This document shows, piece after piece, positions 49,697-58,620 of a stretch of 64,000 bases of DNA (within the stretch, counting starts at the first letter, position 1; the number at the start of each line of letters is the position of its first letter). The position numbers and the translations under genes are program-made. Source of the DNA: Planctomycetota bacterium (GTDB lineage: Bacteria; Planctomycetota; PLA2; JAEUHO01); NCBI GenBank assembly GCA_965222115.1, contig CBDCTJ010000007.1, positions 1,664,001 through 1,728,000 of the forward strand. Direction: 5' to 3'. The notes below the pieces were generated by a model, which saw only the letters and a program-made list of their open reading frames with translations, was not told where the DNA came from and did no database searches.

Positions 49697-51190
49697 GTGC
49701 CTCGCACTGAGAAGGACCCCGCAGCCGGAGACGCGCAAGGACAGCAATATCCAGGAAAAGAACCATTGAGAAATAGAAGAAACTCACACTCCGGACGCGG
49801 CGGTAGTCGTAGGCGTCGGCCTACGCGAGGTCGTGGCACGGCCCGCGGTGGATCATCGCGTGGCCCTTCAAGAGGAGGACGATCACCGCGTGGCGGTGGT
49901 CGCGGTGGCGGACGGTCTCGCGGTCCCAACCGTGACCAGCCCGCATACGACGAATCGGGTTTGCCGTACGGCGTCCTGCTTGCCGAGCCCACACCACCAC
50001 TTCCACCGCCTGACTTCAAGTTCACTGAACCCACGATGGAAGAGATGTATGCCTTTGGCCTACTCGACTTGCATCGCGATGGACATGGCTACTTACGTTC
50101 ACCCGCCACCATGTACGTCCCGTCGGATGACGACGTGCATGTGTCGCGCGATTTGGTGGAGCAGTACGGACTTCGCGACGGCGTGACGATTGATGGCATT
50201 GCCGGTCGTGCGCGCCGCCCGGGCTTGAGTCCACCGCTTGAAGAACTGGTGTCGGTATGCGGCGTTGCTCCGCATCTCTATCACAAGACGCGCAAGTGGG
50301 ATCAGCTCACCGTGATCGATCCCGAGCGTCGTTTGAATCTCACCGAAGGCACCGACGACATCACGCTGCGTATTATTGACATGCTTGCGCCGATTGGCTT
50401 TGGCCAGCGCGGACTGCTTGTGTCGCCGCCGCGTGCCGGTAAGACGATGATCCTGCAGAAGCTCGCGCAAGCGGTGGAACGCAATCACCCTGAAGCCTAT
50501 TTGATGATTCTGTTGGTCGATGAGCGACCGGAAGAGGCCACTGCATTCCAACGCGCCACCAACGGCGAGGTTGTGGTGAGCACCAACGACGAAACGCCCG
50601 AGAATCACGTCCGCGTGACAGAAATGGCATTGAAGAAGGCCAAGCGTCTCGTTGAGACCGGCAAGGATGTTGTGATCTTGATGGACAGCCTCACACGCCT
50701 GGGTCGTGCCTACAACCTGCTGCAACGCAGTGGGGGGCGCACACTTTCGGGTGGTATGGACAGCCGCAGCTTGGAAAAGCCCAAGGCGTTCTTTGGCGGT
50801 GCGCGCAATATCGAGGAAGGCGGTTCACTCACCATCGTGGCCACGGCCTTGATCGAAACCAACTCGCGCATGGATCAGGTGATCTTTGAGGAGTTCAAAG
50901 GCACGGGCAACATGGAGTTGGTGCTCAGCCGCGCACTGGCCGAGCAACGCATCTGGCCTGCGATCGACGTCAATATGTCGGGTACGCGTAAGGAAGAGAA
51001 GCTGTTGTCGCAGTTGTTCCTTGAGAAGGTCTACATGCTTCGTCGTGTGCTTCAACGCGTGCGTCCGATCGATGCCATGCAACTATTGATCGAGCGCATG
51101 GAAGCCACGGGCGATAACAAAGCCTTCCTCGATCTCCTGTCCCAGCCGGGTCGGAGGAATGAGGATGACACGTTTGATTACGCGACGTAG
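49697..51190 (+). CDS. rho: transcription termination factor Rho with Arg/Gly-rich N-terminal extension
   Basis: [61 protein letters not shown]. Start uncertain (GTG 49697 chosen; the ORF is open from 49445). Confidence 0.93.
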   Translation: MPRTEKDPAAGDAQGQQYPGKEPLRNRRNSHSGRGGSRRRRPTRGRGTARGGSSRGPSRGGRSPRGGGRGGGRSRGPNRDQPAYDESGLPYGVLLAEPTPPLPPPDFKFTEPTMEEMYAFGLLDLHRDGHGYLRSPATMYVPSDDDVHVSRDLVEQYGLRDGVTIDGIAGRARRPGLSPPLEELVSVCGVAPHLYHKTRKWDQLTVIDPERRLNLTEGTDDITLRIIDMLAPIGFGQRGLLVSPPRAGKTMILQKLAQAVERNHPEAYLMILLVDERPEEATAFQRATNGEVVVSTNDETPENHVRVTEMALKKAKRLVETGKDVVILMDSLTRLGRAYNLLQRSGGRTLSGGMDSRSLEKPKAFFGGARNIEEGGSLTIVATALIETNSRMDQVIFEEFKGTGNMELVLSRALAEQRIWPAIDVNMSGTRKEEKLLSQLFLEKVYMLRRVLQRVRPIDAMQLLIERMEATGDNKAFLDLLSQPGRRNEDDTFDYAT

Positions 51191-51199
51191 GTAGGGGGC

Positions 51200-51275
51200 G
51201 TCTAACCTCACGCAGAGGCGCAGGGAACGCGGAGGCGCAGAGCGCAGCCGAACGTGATGGAGTTTGCTGGTATCG
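51200..51275 (+). repeat. dispersed intergenic repeat, copy 1
   Basis: GTCTAACCTCACGCAGAGGCGCAGGGAACGCGGAGGCGCAGAGCGCAGCCGAACGTGATGGAGTTTGCTGGTATCG matches the copies at ~54881 and ~57140. Confidence 0.85.
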
Positions 51276-51310
51276 CGCCCTGGGCAGGAGCGCGATCCGA
51301 TTGCCATTGC

Positions 51311-52645
51311 CTATGGCGCTTGATGTCGGCAGAACGCCGTGCGCGGGGGAATCGTCACCGAGGGGTCCTGACCAGGCGCAAGGGCGAAGAGTTCGAACGC
51401 GCCCGGAGAAGAATAGGGCATCGACGGAATCGTTACGGTTGCCGTATTTGCATTGATCGGCGTGGAGGAAAGCGTGACTGCAGGACCTGCGCCCGTTCGC
51501 AATTTGAACGTCGTCGATGAACCAAAGTTGTGCCCCTTGACCGTGACGACAGTGGTCTCATTCGGCGCCACGGTTCGCGGCGTGACACTCGCCACCTGTG
51601 GTACAGCGGCAACCACGTGGATCGCAATTTGGGAGGATTGCTTGTTTTTATAGCGAACCCCGAGGAACTGGCCAGTCTGAAGCGCTGAACTCAAAGAGAT
51701 CGTGACGGGCGTGTTGGACCCTGACCCAAAAGTCGCACTTCCAAGTTGGGCAATGTCGCCGCCCGATGCATCGAGGCTCCAGACTTGAACTTCCTGCCCG
51801 TTGGCGCGGCCTTGCCCCGACCCAACCGAGATACTGGTGAGTCCGTCATAGGGCACCAGCTGCAAGCGAGGCGTGTTGCTGATACCCATGGCTGACATGA
51901 CGGTCATCGAGTCTGCGACGAGGTCGCCGTTGCTGTCTTCAAAGCGTAACGTCCCCGATAGGCCTGGAGGCTCAAGAATATCAAGGAGGTTTGCAGGGGC
52001 ATAGTCGGTAGCGTATACGTACGTTGCGGCATCTCCCGACCTAAGAACGGAGCGCGCTTCCAGTAACCCGCTGTAGTCGTCGGACTTCGCATAGGGCGTT
52101 GGCTTCACGGTGTCTACCCACCCGTCGGCGTTCGTATCCACAAGGACCCGGATGTCCTGGCAGCGGCGGTCAAGTACAAACATGAGTCCGGCGTTGGCCG
52201 CCGATATCTTCGTAACGTATGCAGGCGTTGTTCCGAAATCGACAAGCATGGTCTCGGTAGTCGCATCCGGAATGTAATCACCCGTTTCGTCGTTGTACCT
52301 GAAAAGCTTGCAATGCCCTTGATTGTCGATGCTTGCTACCAGTAGGTAGGAGGTGCCGCCCTGGATTGTCATGCTCGCTGCAAGGATCTTATGACCAGGT
52401 ACGGTAATCGAGTGAATGCCGCCCCGAACGAACTTGATATCATTTGAATCAGAATAAAATGTAATCCCGGAGATTTTGCCGGATGAAACACTGTCGGGAG
52501 GGGATGTAAGCACGATTTCGCTAGTCGTTGGAAATGCGTGTGGAGTGCTGACTAACCGGTCACCTGAACCACACGATGTGCACAAAGCGAAAATGGCTAC
52601 GCTGTATGCAATTGCGTGGAAAACTTGTGAGGTAACTCTCTCCAT
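51311..52645 (-). CDS. putative lipoprotein with DxNxDG (Ca-binding-like) motifs and C-terminal IPT/TIG-like domain
   Basis: Lipobox-like ALCTSC-GSG, DTNADGWVD, DSNGDLVAD, and PQVASVTPRTV...VTVKGHNFG. GGGAG precedes ATG 52645. Confidence 0.65.
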   Translation of the reverse strand: MERVTSQVFHAIAYSVAIFALCTSCGSGDRLVSTPHAFPTTSEIVLTSPPDSVSSGKISGITFYSDSNDIKFVRGGIHSITVPGHKILAASMTIQGGTSYLLVASIDNQGHCKLFRYNDETGDYIPDATTETMLVDFGTTPAYVTKISAANAGLMFVLDRRCQDIRVLVDTNADGWVDTVKPTPYAKSDDYSGLLEARSVLRSGDAATYVYATDYAPANLLDILEPPGLSGTLRFEDSNGDLVADSMTVMSAMGISNTPRLQLVPYDGLTSISVGSGQGRANGQEVQVWSLDASGGDIAQLGSATFGSGSNTPVTISLSSALQTGQFLGVRYKNKQSSQIAIHVVAAVPQVASVTPRTVAPNETTVVTVKGHNFGSSTTFKLRTGAGPAVTLSSTPINANTATVTIPSMPYSSPGAFELFALAPGQDPSVTIPPRTAFCRHQAP

Positions 52646-52658
52646 GATCACGCTCCCG

Positions 52659-53414
52659 CTAGCCAATCATCTCGTTTAGTACCCATGGAAGCCAGGGCTC
52701 GAACGACTCCTTGCAATCCAAAGACAAATCCCTCCACTCCTGGCTGCCAAAGAAAGAATTTTCACAAATATTTTTCAGGTCTCCGAACGCATCGGCCACG
52801 ATCGACAGCATCTCGGCGAGGATTTCTTCCTTTTCTGTTAAGGTCGTTGACGGTAACGAGTATTTGAGGGCCAGCTCACTAAGTACGCGACACTTTGCGT
52901 CCAATTCTAGATACGATCTCTCTAGAAGCTCGTCTACGGCTCCCGCGGTTGGCGGGAACCCGCCAACCAGTCTTTGCTGAGTGTGGAAGATCTCCTCCCA
53001 TACGACGGCTTTCTTATTTAGTTCGGATTGATTAGTAGTTCCGTCACTTATTCCCACACATCCATTGCCCATCGACACTCCACCTGCATTCTCGTGAAAT
53101 TGGCAAGCCAATACTTGGTTTGCCCCGCCAAAGTAGCTGACCCACGTTGCCTTGTCGAATACACGAATACACCCTAGACTCTTTAGCAGAGACGCTAGTT
53201 CGGGAATTCCAACGAAGTGAGTCATACACGGGTCGAGATTGGCGGACGAATTGCCGTCGATGATTTCACAAATGCATTCACCAAACCCGCTTGTGTCGTC
53301 CTGAATCGCTACGCCCGGGCAAGAGGTGCCGCCCACCGACAGGGAACCGTATGCAGCGTGCTTATGTGTTGGGATCATCAGCAAGATTGGGATGAGAATC
53401 AGCATGCGTCTCAT
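52659..53414 (-). CDS. secreted Cys-rich protein with EExxH zincin-like motif
   Basis: Signal peptide, many Cys, and VVWEEIFHTQQ...ELDAK. Strong GGAGGT RBS at 53421-53426. Confidence 0.6.
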   Translation of the reverse strand: MRRMLILIPILLMIPTHKHAAYGSLSVGGTSCPGVAIQDDTSGFGECICEIIDGNSSANLDPCMTHFVGIPELASLLKSLGCIRVFDKATWVSYFGGANQVLACQFHENAGGVSMGNGCVGISDGTTNQSELNKKAVVWEEIFHTQQRLVGGFPPTAGAVDELLERSYLELDAKCRVLSELALKYSLPSTTLTEKEEILAEMLSIVADAFGDLKNICENSFFGSQEWRDLSLDCKESFEPWLPWVLNEMIG

Positions 53415-53594
53415 GTCAACACCTCCAAGACTTATCCCTTTTTATTATTGCTGACGCGGTTGTCAAGGCCTACGCGAGCACGAATGAGTTACTTGGGGAG
53501 TGCCGCTGTGAGTCGGGACTGTTGGAGAAGACCGCGCGACGAGCGAAGCGAGCTCGAGACTTGGGTTCGCCTCGCATTCGATCTCGCTCGCAAT

Positions 53595-54737
53595 CTACTT
53601 CCTTACAAACACCTGGATCTGAAACGCATTGATGCCGGCGGTGGCGCCTATGACGTAGACGAAACGTCCGTCGGGACTGATGGCGCCGGTGAGGAGTGCA
53701 CCGAAGTCGGCGCGAACGAGACCGTTGGGATCAACGGAGTAGCTGCCGACGAAGGGGGCCGTGGACATGACGCCCGCCGTGTTGACGTTCGTGTCACCCG
53801 TAAGGCTCGACTGGCCGTCTGCCGTGAAGCTGCCCATCATGGATTCGGCATAGGGGTATTCCCAATAGAGTCCGGCGCCGTGGTACTCGCCCTGAAAGCG
53901 CTGGCTCGTCATGTTGTTGCCTTCACGAATGAGCACGACCGATAACGGATTGGAGTCGACTTGAATGGCGCCACTGAGCATGGCGATTGAGCGATCGGCC
54001 GAGACGACGCCGAACAAGTCGGCTACGCCGGCCGAGCTGAGGCCAATGCGAATCGAACCGTCGTCGTCCACTTCGTAATACAAAATGGAAGGGGGGAGGT
54101 CGATTGAGTTGACGCCTAGGTGGTTGGTTCCGGGGTCGATTACCGCATGTCCTGACCCATCAAAAGTAAGACTGCCCACGAGCCTCGTGGCGTTTTGTTC
54201 ATCAAGTGTGACCTGGCCAGCCATGAACATATGAAAACGCCCAGTGAGCCCAGCCGTTGAGTGTCCGGTCGAACGGCGCATGTGCATGGCCAGTGTTGGG
54301 TCCACACCTTGATCAATCGTTCCAAGAACCGCGATTTCGCTGGTTGCACCTAAACCGCCACCGAGCCGAGGATTGGTGAGCGGATCGTCGCGAATGGTAT
54401 AGAACCCGTCCTCCTTGAGTACGTACGTCTTGGTATCGCCCGTCGGATTGTTGTCAATGACACCCGTATGATTCTCGGTCGTCTGGACGAACAAGGCATC
54501 GTCGATACCCGGCACGAGCTCACCCCAAGCCGTGGTGGTTGATCCATCGGTATGACCTGTATGACTCATATAGAAGTGCTGACCGGCCAGCTCAGGAATG
54601 CCTCCATTGCCGCCAACACCGCCATTCCCATTGCCATTCTGCGTGGCAAAGCTACTGCCCCCCGATCCACCGCAGGCACAGAGCGAGAGCGACAGGACAA
54701 AGGCAGACGTTAGGGAAAGTGCGGTGCGAAACGACAT
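53595..54737 (-). CDS. lipoprotein with Gly-rich linker and three internal beta-rich repeats
   Basis: MSFRTALSLTSAFVLSLSLCAC-GGSGG. Repeats: LAGQHFY/LTGRFHM/FQGEYHG, GSLTFDG/GSFTADG, YEVDDDG/YSVDPNG. GGAGG lies upstream. Confidence 0.7.
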   Translation of the reverse strand: MSFRTALSLTSAFVLSLSLCACGGSGGSSFATQNGNGNGGVGGNGGIPELAGQHFYMSHTGHTDGSTTTAWGELVPGIDDALFVQTTENHTGVIDNNPTGDTKTYVLKEDGFYTIRDDPLTNPRLGGGLGATSEIAVLGTIDQGVDPTLAMHMRRSTGHSTAGLTGRFHMFMAGQVTLDEQNATRLVGSLTFDGSGHAVIDPGTNHLGVNSIDLPPSILYYEVDDDGSIRIGLSSAGVADLFGVVSADRSIAMLSGAIQVDSNPLSVVLIREGNNMTSQRFQGEYHGAGLYWEYPYAESMMGSFTADGQSSLTGDTNVNTAGVMSTAPFVGSYSVDPNGLVRADFGALLTGAISPDGRFVYVIGATAGINAFQIQVFVRK

Positions 54738-54880
54738 GGATCTGAACCTCCGAGGGGTTGTCGCCCACTGGAGGCACATACACATGCGTAATTTCAAGAA
54801 AGTGGAAGACTCTCTGTGTCAGGGTGAATTTCGCGCTCTTGGTGGAGTGTGAACGGGTCCTGTGCGGTCGTACGCGATTC

Positions 54881-55131
54881 ATCTCACGCAGAGGCGCAGA
54901 GTACGCGGAGGCGCAGAGCGAAGCCGAAGGTGGTGGAGATTGTTGGCATCGAAGTGGTGCGGGTTGTGGGACGTCGCTTGATGAAGAGGGAGGGGCGCAA
55001 GCGTTGGTGGGAGCCAATAGGCAGATGCGAGCGCAATCGGACACTTCCGGCTGGAGTATTCCAAATCTGAAAATACAGATAACGCACGTGTTCCCTCTGC
55101 GACTCATTCGCTCGGCGCCTCCGCGTGAGAT
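54881..55131. mobile_element. MITE-like element formed by two inverted copies of the repeat
   Basis: ATCTCACGCAGAGGCGC (54881-54897) and GCGCCTCCGCGTGAGAT (55115-55131) are inverted with 1 mismatch in 17. CGTACGCGA occurs on both flanks (54869-54877, 55133-55141). No transposase. Confidence 0.5.
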
Positions 55132-55215
55132 ACGTACGCGAGAATTCGATAAAGGTGGAAGCGGTCTCAATGGACGATAAGAAAGGATTGAGTTCATCGC
55201 GCGATAGGACACCCC

Positions 55216-55527
55216 TTGACTGAACCGACGAAACGCCGGCCCTGTACCTCACGCCAACTGGTCATTGGCGGGCTGCTTTGTGCCCTGCTTGTGGCCTCGC
55301 ACCTTTGGTTCTTGAAGCGTCCCAATCATCGCCTGGGCGGTATCGCTTGGAATGCACTGTTTCAGATGTTTGGACCTCTGCTAGCGCTTGGCTACGCCGC
55401 GTTTCTGGCGATCCGCGAGACCGGTTCAAGTCGCGCGCGCACGCTCAAGATTCTTGTCTGCATAGCGCTTGTTGCGATAGCGACTGCTTGTTGGCTTCGC
55501 ACGTGGCCCGTGATGATCAGCGTTTGA
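55216..55527 (+). CDS. small hypothetical membrane protein (3 TM)
   Basis: 103 aa with three hydrophobic segments, filling the gap before the next + strand gene. Confidence 0.55.
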   Translation: MTEPTKRRPCTSRQLVIGGLLCALLVASHLWFLKRPNHRLGGIAWNALFQMFGPLLALGYAAFLAIRETGSSRARTLKILVCIALVAIATACWLRTWPVMISV

Positions 55528-55568
55528 GCATCGTATGGAGCGCTGTTGTGTCGTAGCATGCTGAACGT

Positions 55569-57053
55569 ATGTCTCGACGAATGTCAATCGCCACAACGCT
55601 TCTGGCCCTCGGCATTATTGGCTGGCTGGTGTGGCGGGGCACGTCGAGAGAATCGCACGTTCATGGCCCGAGTGTCGAACCGCACAACAAGTCCAGACAT
55701 TCTCCAGCATTGAGAGCCGTTGGAATGGAGGCGCCACGGAAGCAGCCGCCGATAGCGCCGGTCGATAGCGACACCGCAGTCCCTAAGGAAGAACCGTGGA
55801 CGATTCGCGGGCGCGTGTTCCAACCCGATGGCGTAACGGGCGCGGCCGGCGTACCGGTTTTCGCGGTATACCGCCCACGCTTCATCAACTCATCCAACGT
55901 CTTGGCGCAGGCTATGACGGACCGTGAAGGTCGTTATGAACTGACGGGCGTTTTCAACGATTCAAGTACGGAAACGCTCTACGTCTTGGCTTCGGGGGGA
56001 GGATGGATTAGCCGAGAAGTTGAAGAAAAACTTGTACGCGGGCGGCATTCATCCTCTGAGATATCGAGCGTGAAGGTTCAAGCGGGCGAATCGTTTACGC
56101 TCGACCTGCATGTAGTTCCCTGTGCGCGCATTGAAGGCCGCGTGTTGTCGCCAAACGGCGAGCCCGTGCCTGGCGCCATCGTGCGGGGGCGCAAAATGAC
56201 GATTCCACCTCTTCTAGCCATGTCGCGTCGTTTGGCTGCGGAAGACGTGATGGCACCGGTCCAGACAGACGGTGACGGTCGCTTCGTCATATGGGCGCCT
56301 GTCGGTCGCTCGTCGATTCGCCTCGAGGCGATGGCACCGGGATTCTGTTTGGTGCAATCCGACGCGCTTGAATCCTCAATGGGCGAGGTTACGTCCGTTG
56401 ACCTTGAGCTCGTTACACCGCGTTCACTGACGCTCACGGTCTTGGATGAGTCCGACGATTCGGCGATCGTGGGTGCGTTTGTGTACGCAGAATATCGCCG
56501 AAGTGGTTCATTCGTGAATAGCAACAATACGTACCGCCGGGTGCCCCGCAGCGGTCGCGTTGAGGTTGCACCTCTTCTGATGCAACCAGTCCGCATTCGC
56601 GTTGTTGACGATCGATATCTCGAGTACCGCACGAACGCCAAAGAAGATGCGTGCGGCGACTGGTTTCAATCGGTTCCCGGAAAGACTCACCACTACGAAG
56701 GTGTCGTTCGACTTGAACCACTCTGCCCGATTCACGGGACCGTGGTTTGGCCTAAGAGCATTGATTTGTCCGGTGCCCAACTCTCCGTGAGCGCGAAGGC
56801 ACTAGATGCTCCGGGCTACGAACACTATCGCGGATTCGCTGAAGTGGATGCGATCAAGCGCACGTTTACAATCTACGTTCCCAAGCGAGGGACATTCGCA
56901 CTTGAGGCGACGCAATTTTTTCACGAAGACCGATTGCATTGCGATGAGGTCGTCGTAACGGCAGCGTCCGAAAACGTACGTGTTGCCTATAGGATACTGT
57001 CGGACGATGAGATTGTGTTGGAGCCGGAAGAGGTCGAGGACGACGGCAAGTGA
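55569..57053 (+). CDS. membrane-anchored carboxypeptidase-regulatory-like (prealbumin-fold) repeat protein
   Basis: N-terminal TM, then repeats IRGRVFQPDG...AGVPV...TDREGRYEL and IEGRVLSPNGEPVPGAIV...TDGDGRFVI. Confidence 0.75.
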   Translation: MSRRMSIATTLLALGIIGWLVWRGTSRESHVHGPSVEPHNKSRHSPALRAVGMEAPRKQPPIAPVDSDTAVPKEEPWTIRGRVFQPDGVTGAAGVPVFAVYRPRFINSSNVLAQAMTDREGRYELTGVFNDSSTETLYVLASGGGWISREVEEKLVRGRHSSSEISSVKVQAGESFTLDLHVVPCARIEGRVLSPNGEPVPGAIVRGRKMTIPPLLAMSRRLAAEDVMAPVQTDGDGRFVIWAPVGRSSIRLEAMAPGFCLVQSDALESSMGEVTSVDLELVTPRSLTLTVLDESDDSAIVGAFVYAEYRRSGSFVNSNNTYRRVPRSGRVEVAPLLMQPVRIRVVDDRYLEYRTNAKEDACGDWFQSVPGKTHHYEGVVRLEPLCPIHGTVVWPKSIDLSGAQLSVSAKALDAPGYEHYRGFAEVDAIKRTFTIYVPKRGTFALEATQFFHEDRLHCDEVVVTAASENVRVAYRILSDDEIVLEPEEVEDDGK

Positions 57054-57074
57054 GTGGCACAGGGGCGAACTGAG

Positions 57075-57177
57075 TCTGGGCAAGATTCAAGCTCTCCGTG
57101 GTGTGTGATCGGGGGCGTTGCCGTCGGGCGGGTCTAATTTCACGCAGAGGCGCAGAGAACGCGGAGGCGCAGAGCGC
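57075..57177 (+). repeat. dispersed intergenic repeat, further copy with extended 5' homology to the 54.8 kb copy
   Basis: Core TCACGCAGAGGCGCAGAGAACGCGGAGGCGCAGAGCG from 57140. Upstream GTCTGGGCAAGATTCAAGCTCTCCGTGGTGTGTGATCGGG aligns with GTCAGGGTGAATTTCGCGCTCTTGGTGGAGTGTGAACGGG at ~54818. Confidence 0.8.
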
Positions 57178-57276
57178 AATCGTTATTTGGGCCGAACTGA
57201 GAAGAGTGAGAAAATGGGGTTGTTGCAACAACGATGGCAATCGCGAGGGTGCGGGAATCTCGAGTTGGTACGGGCA

Positions 57277-58467
57277 TCACGCCGTCCGCGCCCTTAGCAA
57301 TCGCCTCCGCACAAACCGCGCCAGCAAAAACAGGAGTAGCGCGGCAACAGCGATGCCGTAGCGGTGTTCACGCCAAATTCGATTGATGCGCGAGATCTTG
57401 GAATCGCCGTAGTACCAGGCGCCAATGGCGTCGTCGTTGTCTCCTAGCGTGAAGAACAAATCGTTGTCCCAGTGATGAATGGAGAAACTACCGTCCTTGT
57501 TCTGTCGGTTGAATCCACTGCTTTGTATGCGATTGACGTACCAGCGCTCCGGTTCGTCGATCGTGTCCAGTCCGGTCTTGACCTCGGTCATACCCTTTGC
57601 TGTTATCCACGGGTTGAGGAAGTTTGCGCGCCATGCACTTAAGAGGTTGCGTTTCGAGCGCAGGGTAGTTGTCTCGATTGGTTTGTCGGTGCAGAGGATG
57701 AGTTCGAGTCGGAAGTCACCTTGACGCGCGCTGTACTTGGCCGGGTAGTAGGGCGTGTCGGTTTCGAATCGTATGGCAAGAGGTGGAAGATCGGGTTCGG
57801 ACGCAAGTGCGCTCTCTTTGGCTGTGGGCTGAACCCGGATGCAAAGAAACGTAAAGTTACGCGTTGCAAACCACCGCAGTTCTTCGGGATCTTCCGCCGG
57901 AAACTCGTTGTCCTTCAAGTAATCCTGCAGCGCATCAACGCCGTGTGCAGCGTCGGCGTGTACCGGTGTAATCGTATAGGGTCCAACCTGTCGCGTGGGA
58001 CCCACATCGAGACCATGAGCAGATCCTGCCGCCAACGCGTTGGCGTCTACGGCTGTGCCGTACGAGTCGGACGGAAACAATTTCTTGATGAAGGCCAAGT
58101 CAAAGCGCGAACGACGGGCCCATTGCCACTCCGCCAGCCGTTGCACGCGTTTCGCGACGCCACTCGCATGTTCAATCGGCTCCACTTCTTTGGCCGCGTA
58201 TGCAATGGGTCGGGACGGAACCGTGATGACCCACGCCATGTAGGGCGGCGCGCCCTCTTCCCCCTTGAAGTAGGGCTTGATCTGCAGCAGAAGGTCTTGC
58301 ACCCCATCCCGATGGAGCACCAATCCTCGTTGCGCGTTCTGACCGAGACGGCCTTTCCAATCGAGCGGTGCCATACAACAGCCGTCTGTGAGCGATGAAG
58401 GTGCCAAAAGCACCATCGAGATCACCAACAACCGCATGAGCACACGGGACGTTAGGCGCGGGTTCAT
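57277..58467 (-). CDS. DUF2330-like exported protein with C-terminal TM anchor
   Basis: Signal peptide then CC, MAWVITVPSRP, QVGPYTIT, ALQDYLKDNEF, LPPLAIRF and a C-terminal TM with basic tail. Confidence 0.7.
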   Translation of the reverse strand: MNPRLTSRVLMRLLVISMVLLAPSSLTDGCCMAPLDWKGRLGQNAQRGLVLHRDGVQDLLLQIKPYFKGEEGAPPYMAWVITVPSRPIAYAAKEVEPIEHASGVAKRVQRLAEWQWARRSRFDLAFIKKLFPSDSYGTAVDANALAAGSAHGLDVGPTRQVGPYTITPVHADAAHGVDALQDYLKDNEFPAEDPEELRWFATRNFTFLCIRVQPTAKESALASEPDLPPLAIRFETDTPYYPAKYSARQGDFRLELILCTDKPIETTTLRSKRNLLSAWRANFLNPWITAKGMTEVKTGLDTIDEPERWYVNRIQSSGFNRQNKDGSFSIHHWDNDLFFTLGDNDDAIGAWYYGDSKISRINRIWREHRYGIAVAALLLFLLARFVRRRLLRARTA

Positions 58468-58620
58468 GCGAACTCCCTATATCCAAGAAGGGCTCCATGT
58501 GTCCTTGGGGTGCAAAAGCGCGTTTGAGGCCGCCTCGGATCCGCCAAGTTTGCTACGCTTCGGGTTCACATCTAGGAGCGGGAACATTCTACCCCGTTCG
58601 CAGGCCCGGAAGGACCTCCT

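Noticed and set aside
53536-53592. Imperfect hairpin (GCGAGCTCGA...TCGATCTCGC) as terminator or attC
   Set aside because: It is a single copy with a mismatched stem, a long loop and no U-tract, which is insufficient support.
54652-55252. Small ORFs sharing RLRSAPPRxLRLCVR-like peptides (also 51083..51307 and 56866..57240)
   Set aside because: The similarity is simply translation of the DNA repeat, and no consistent start, RBS or length is shared.
51200-57180. CRISPR array or integron attC array
   Set aside because: The copies are kilobases apart, degenerate and partly inverted. There are no regular spacers, cas genes, integrase or clear RYYYAAC/GTTRRRY ends.
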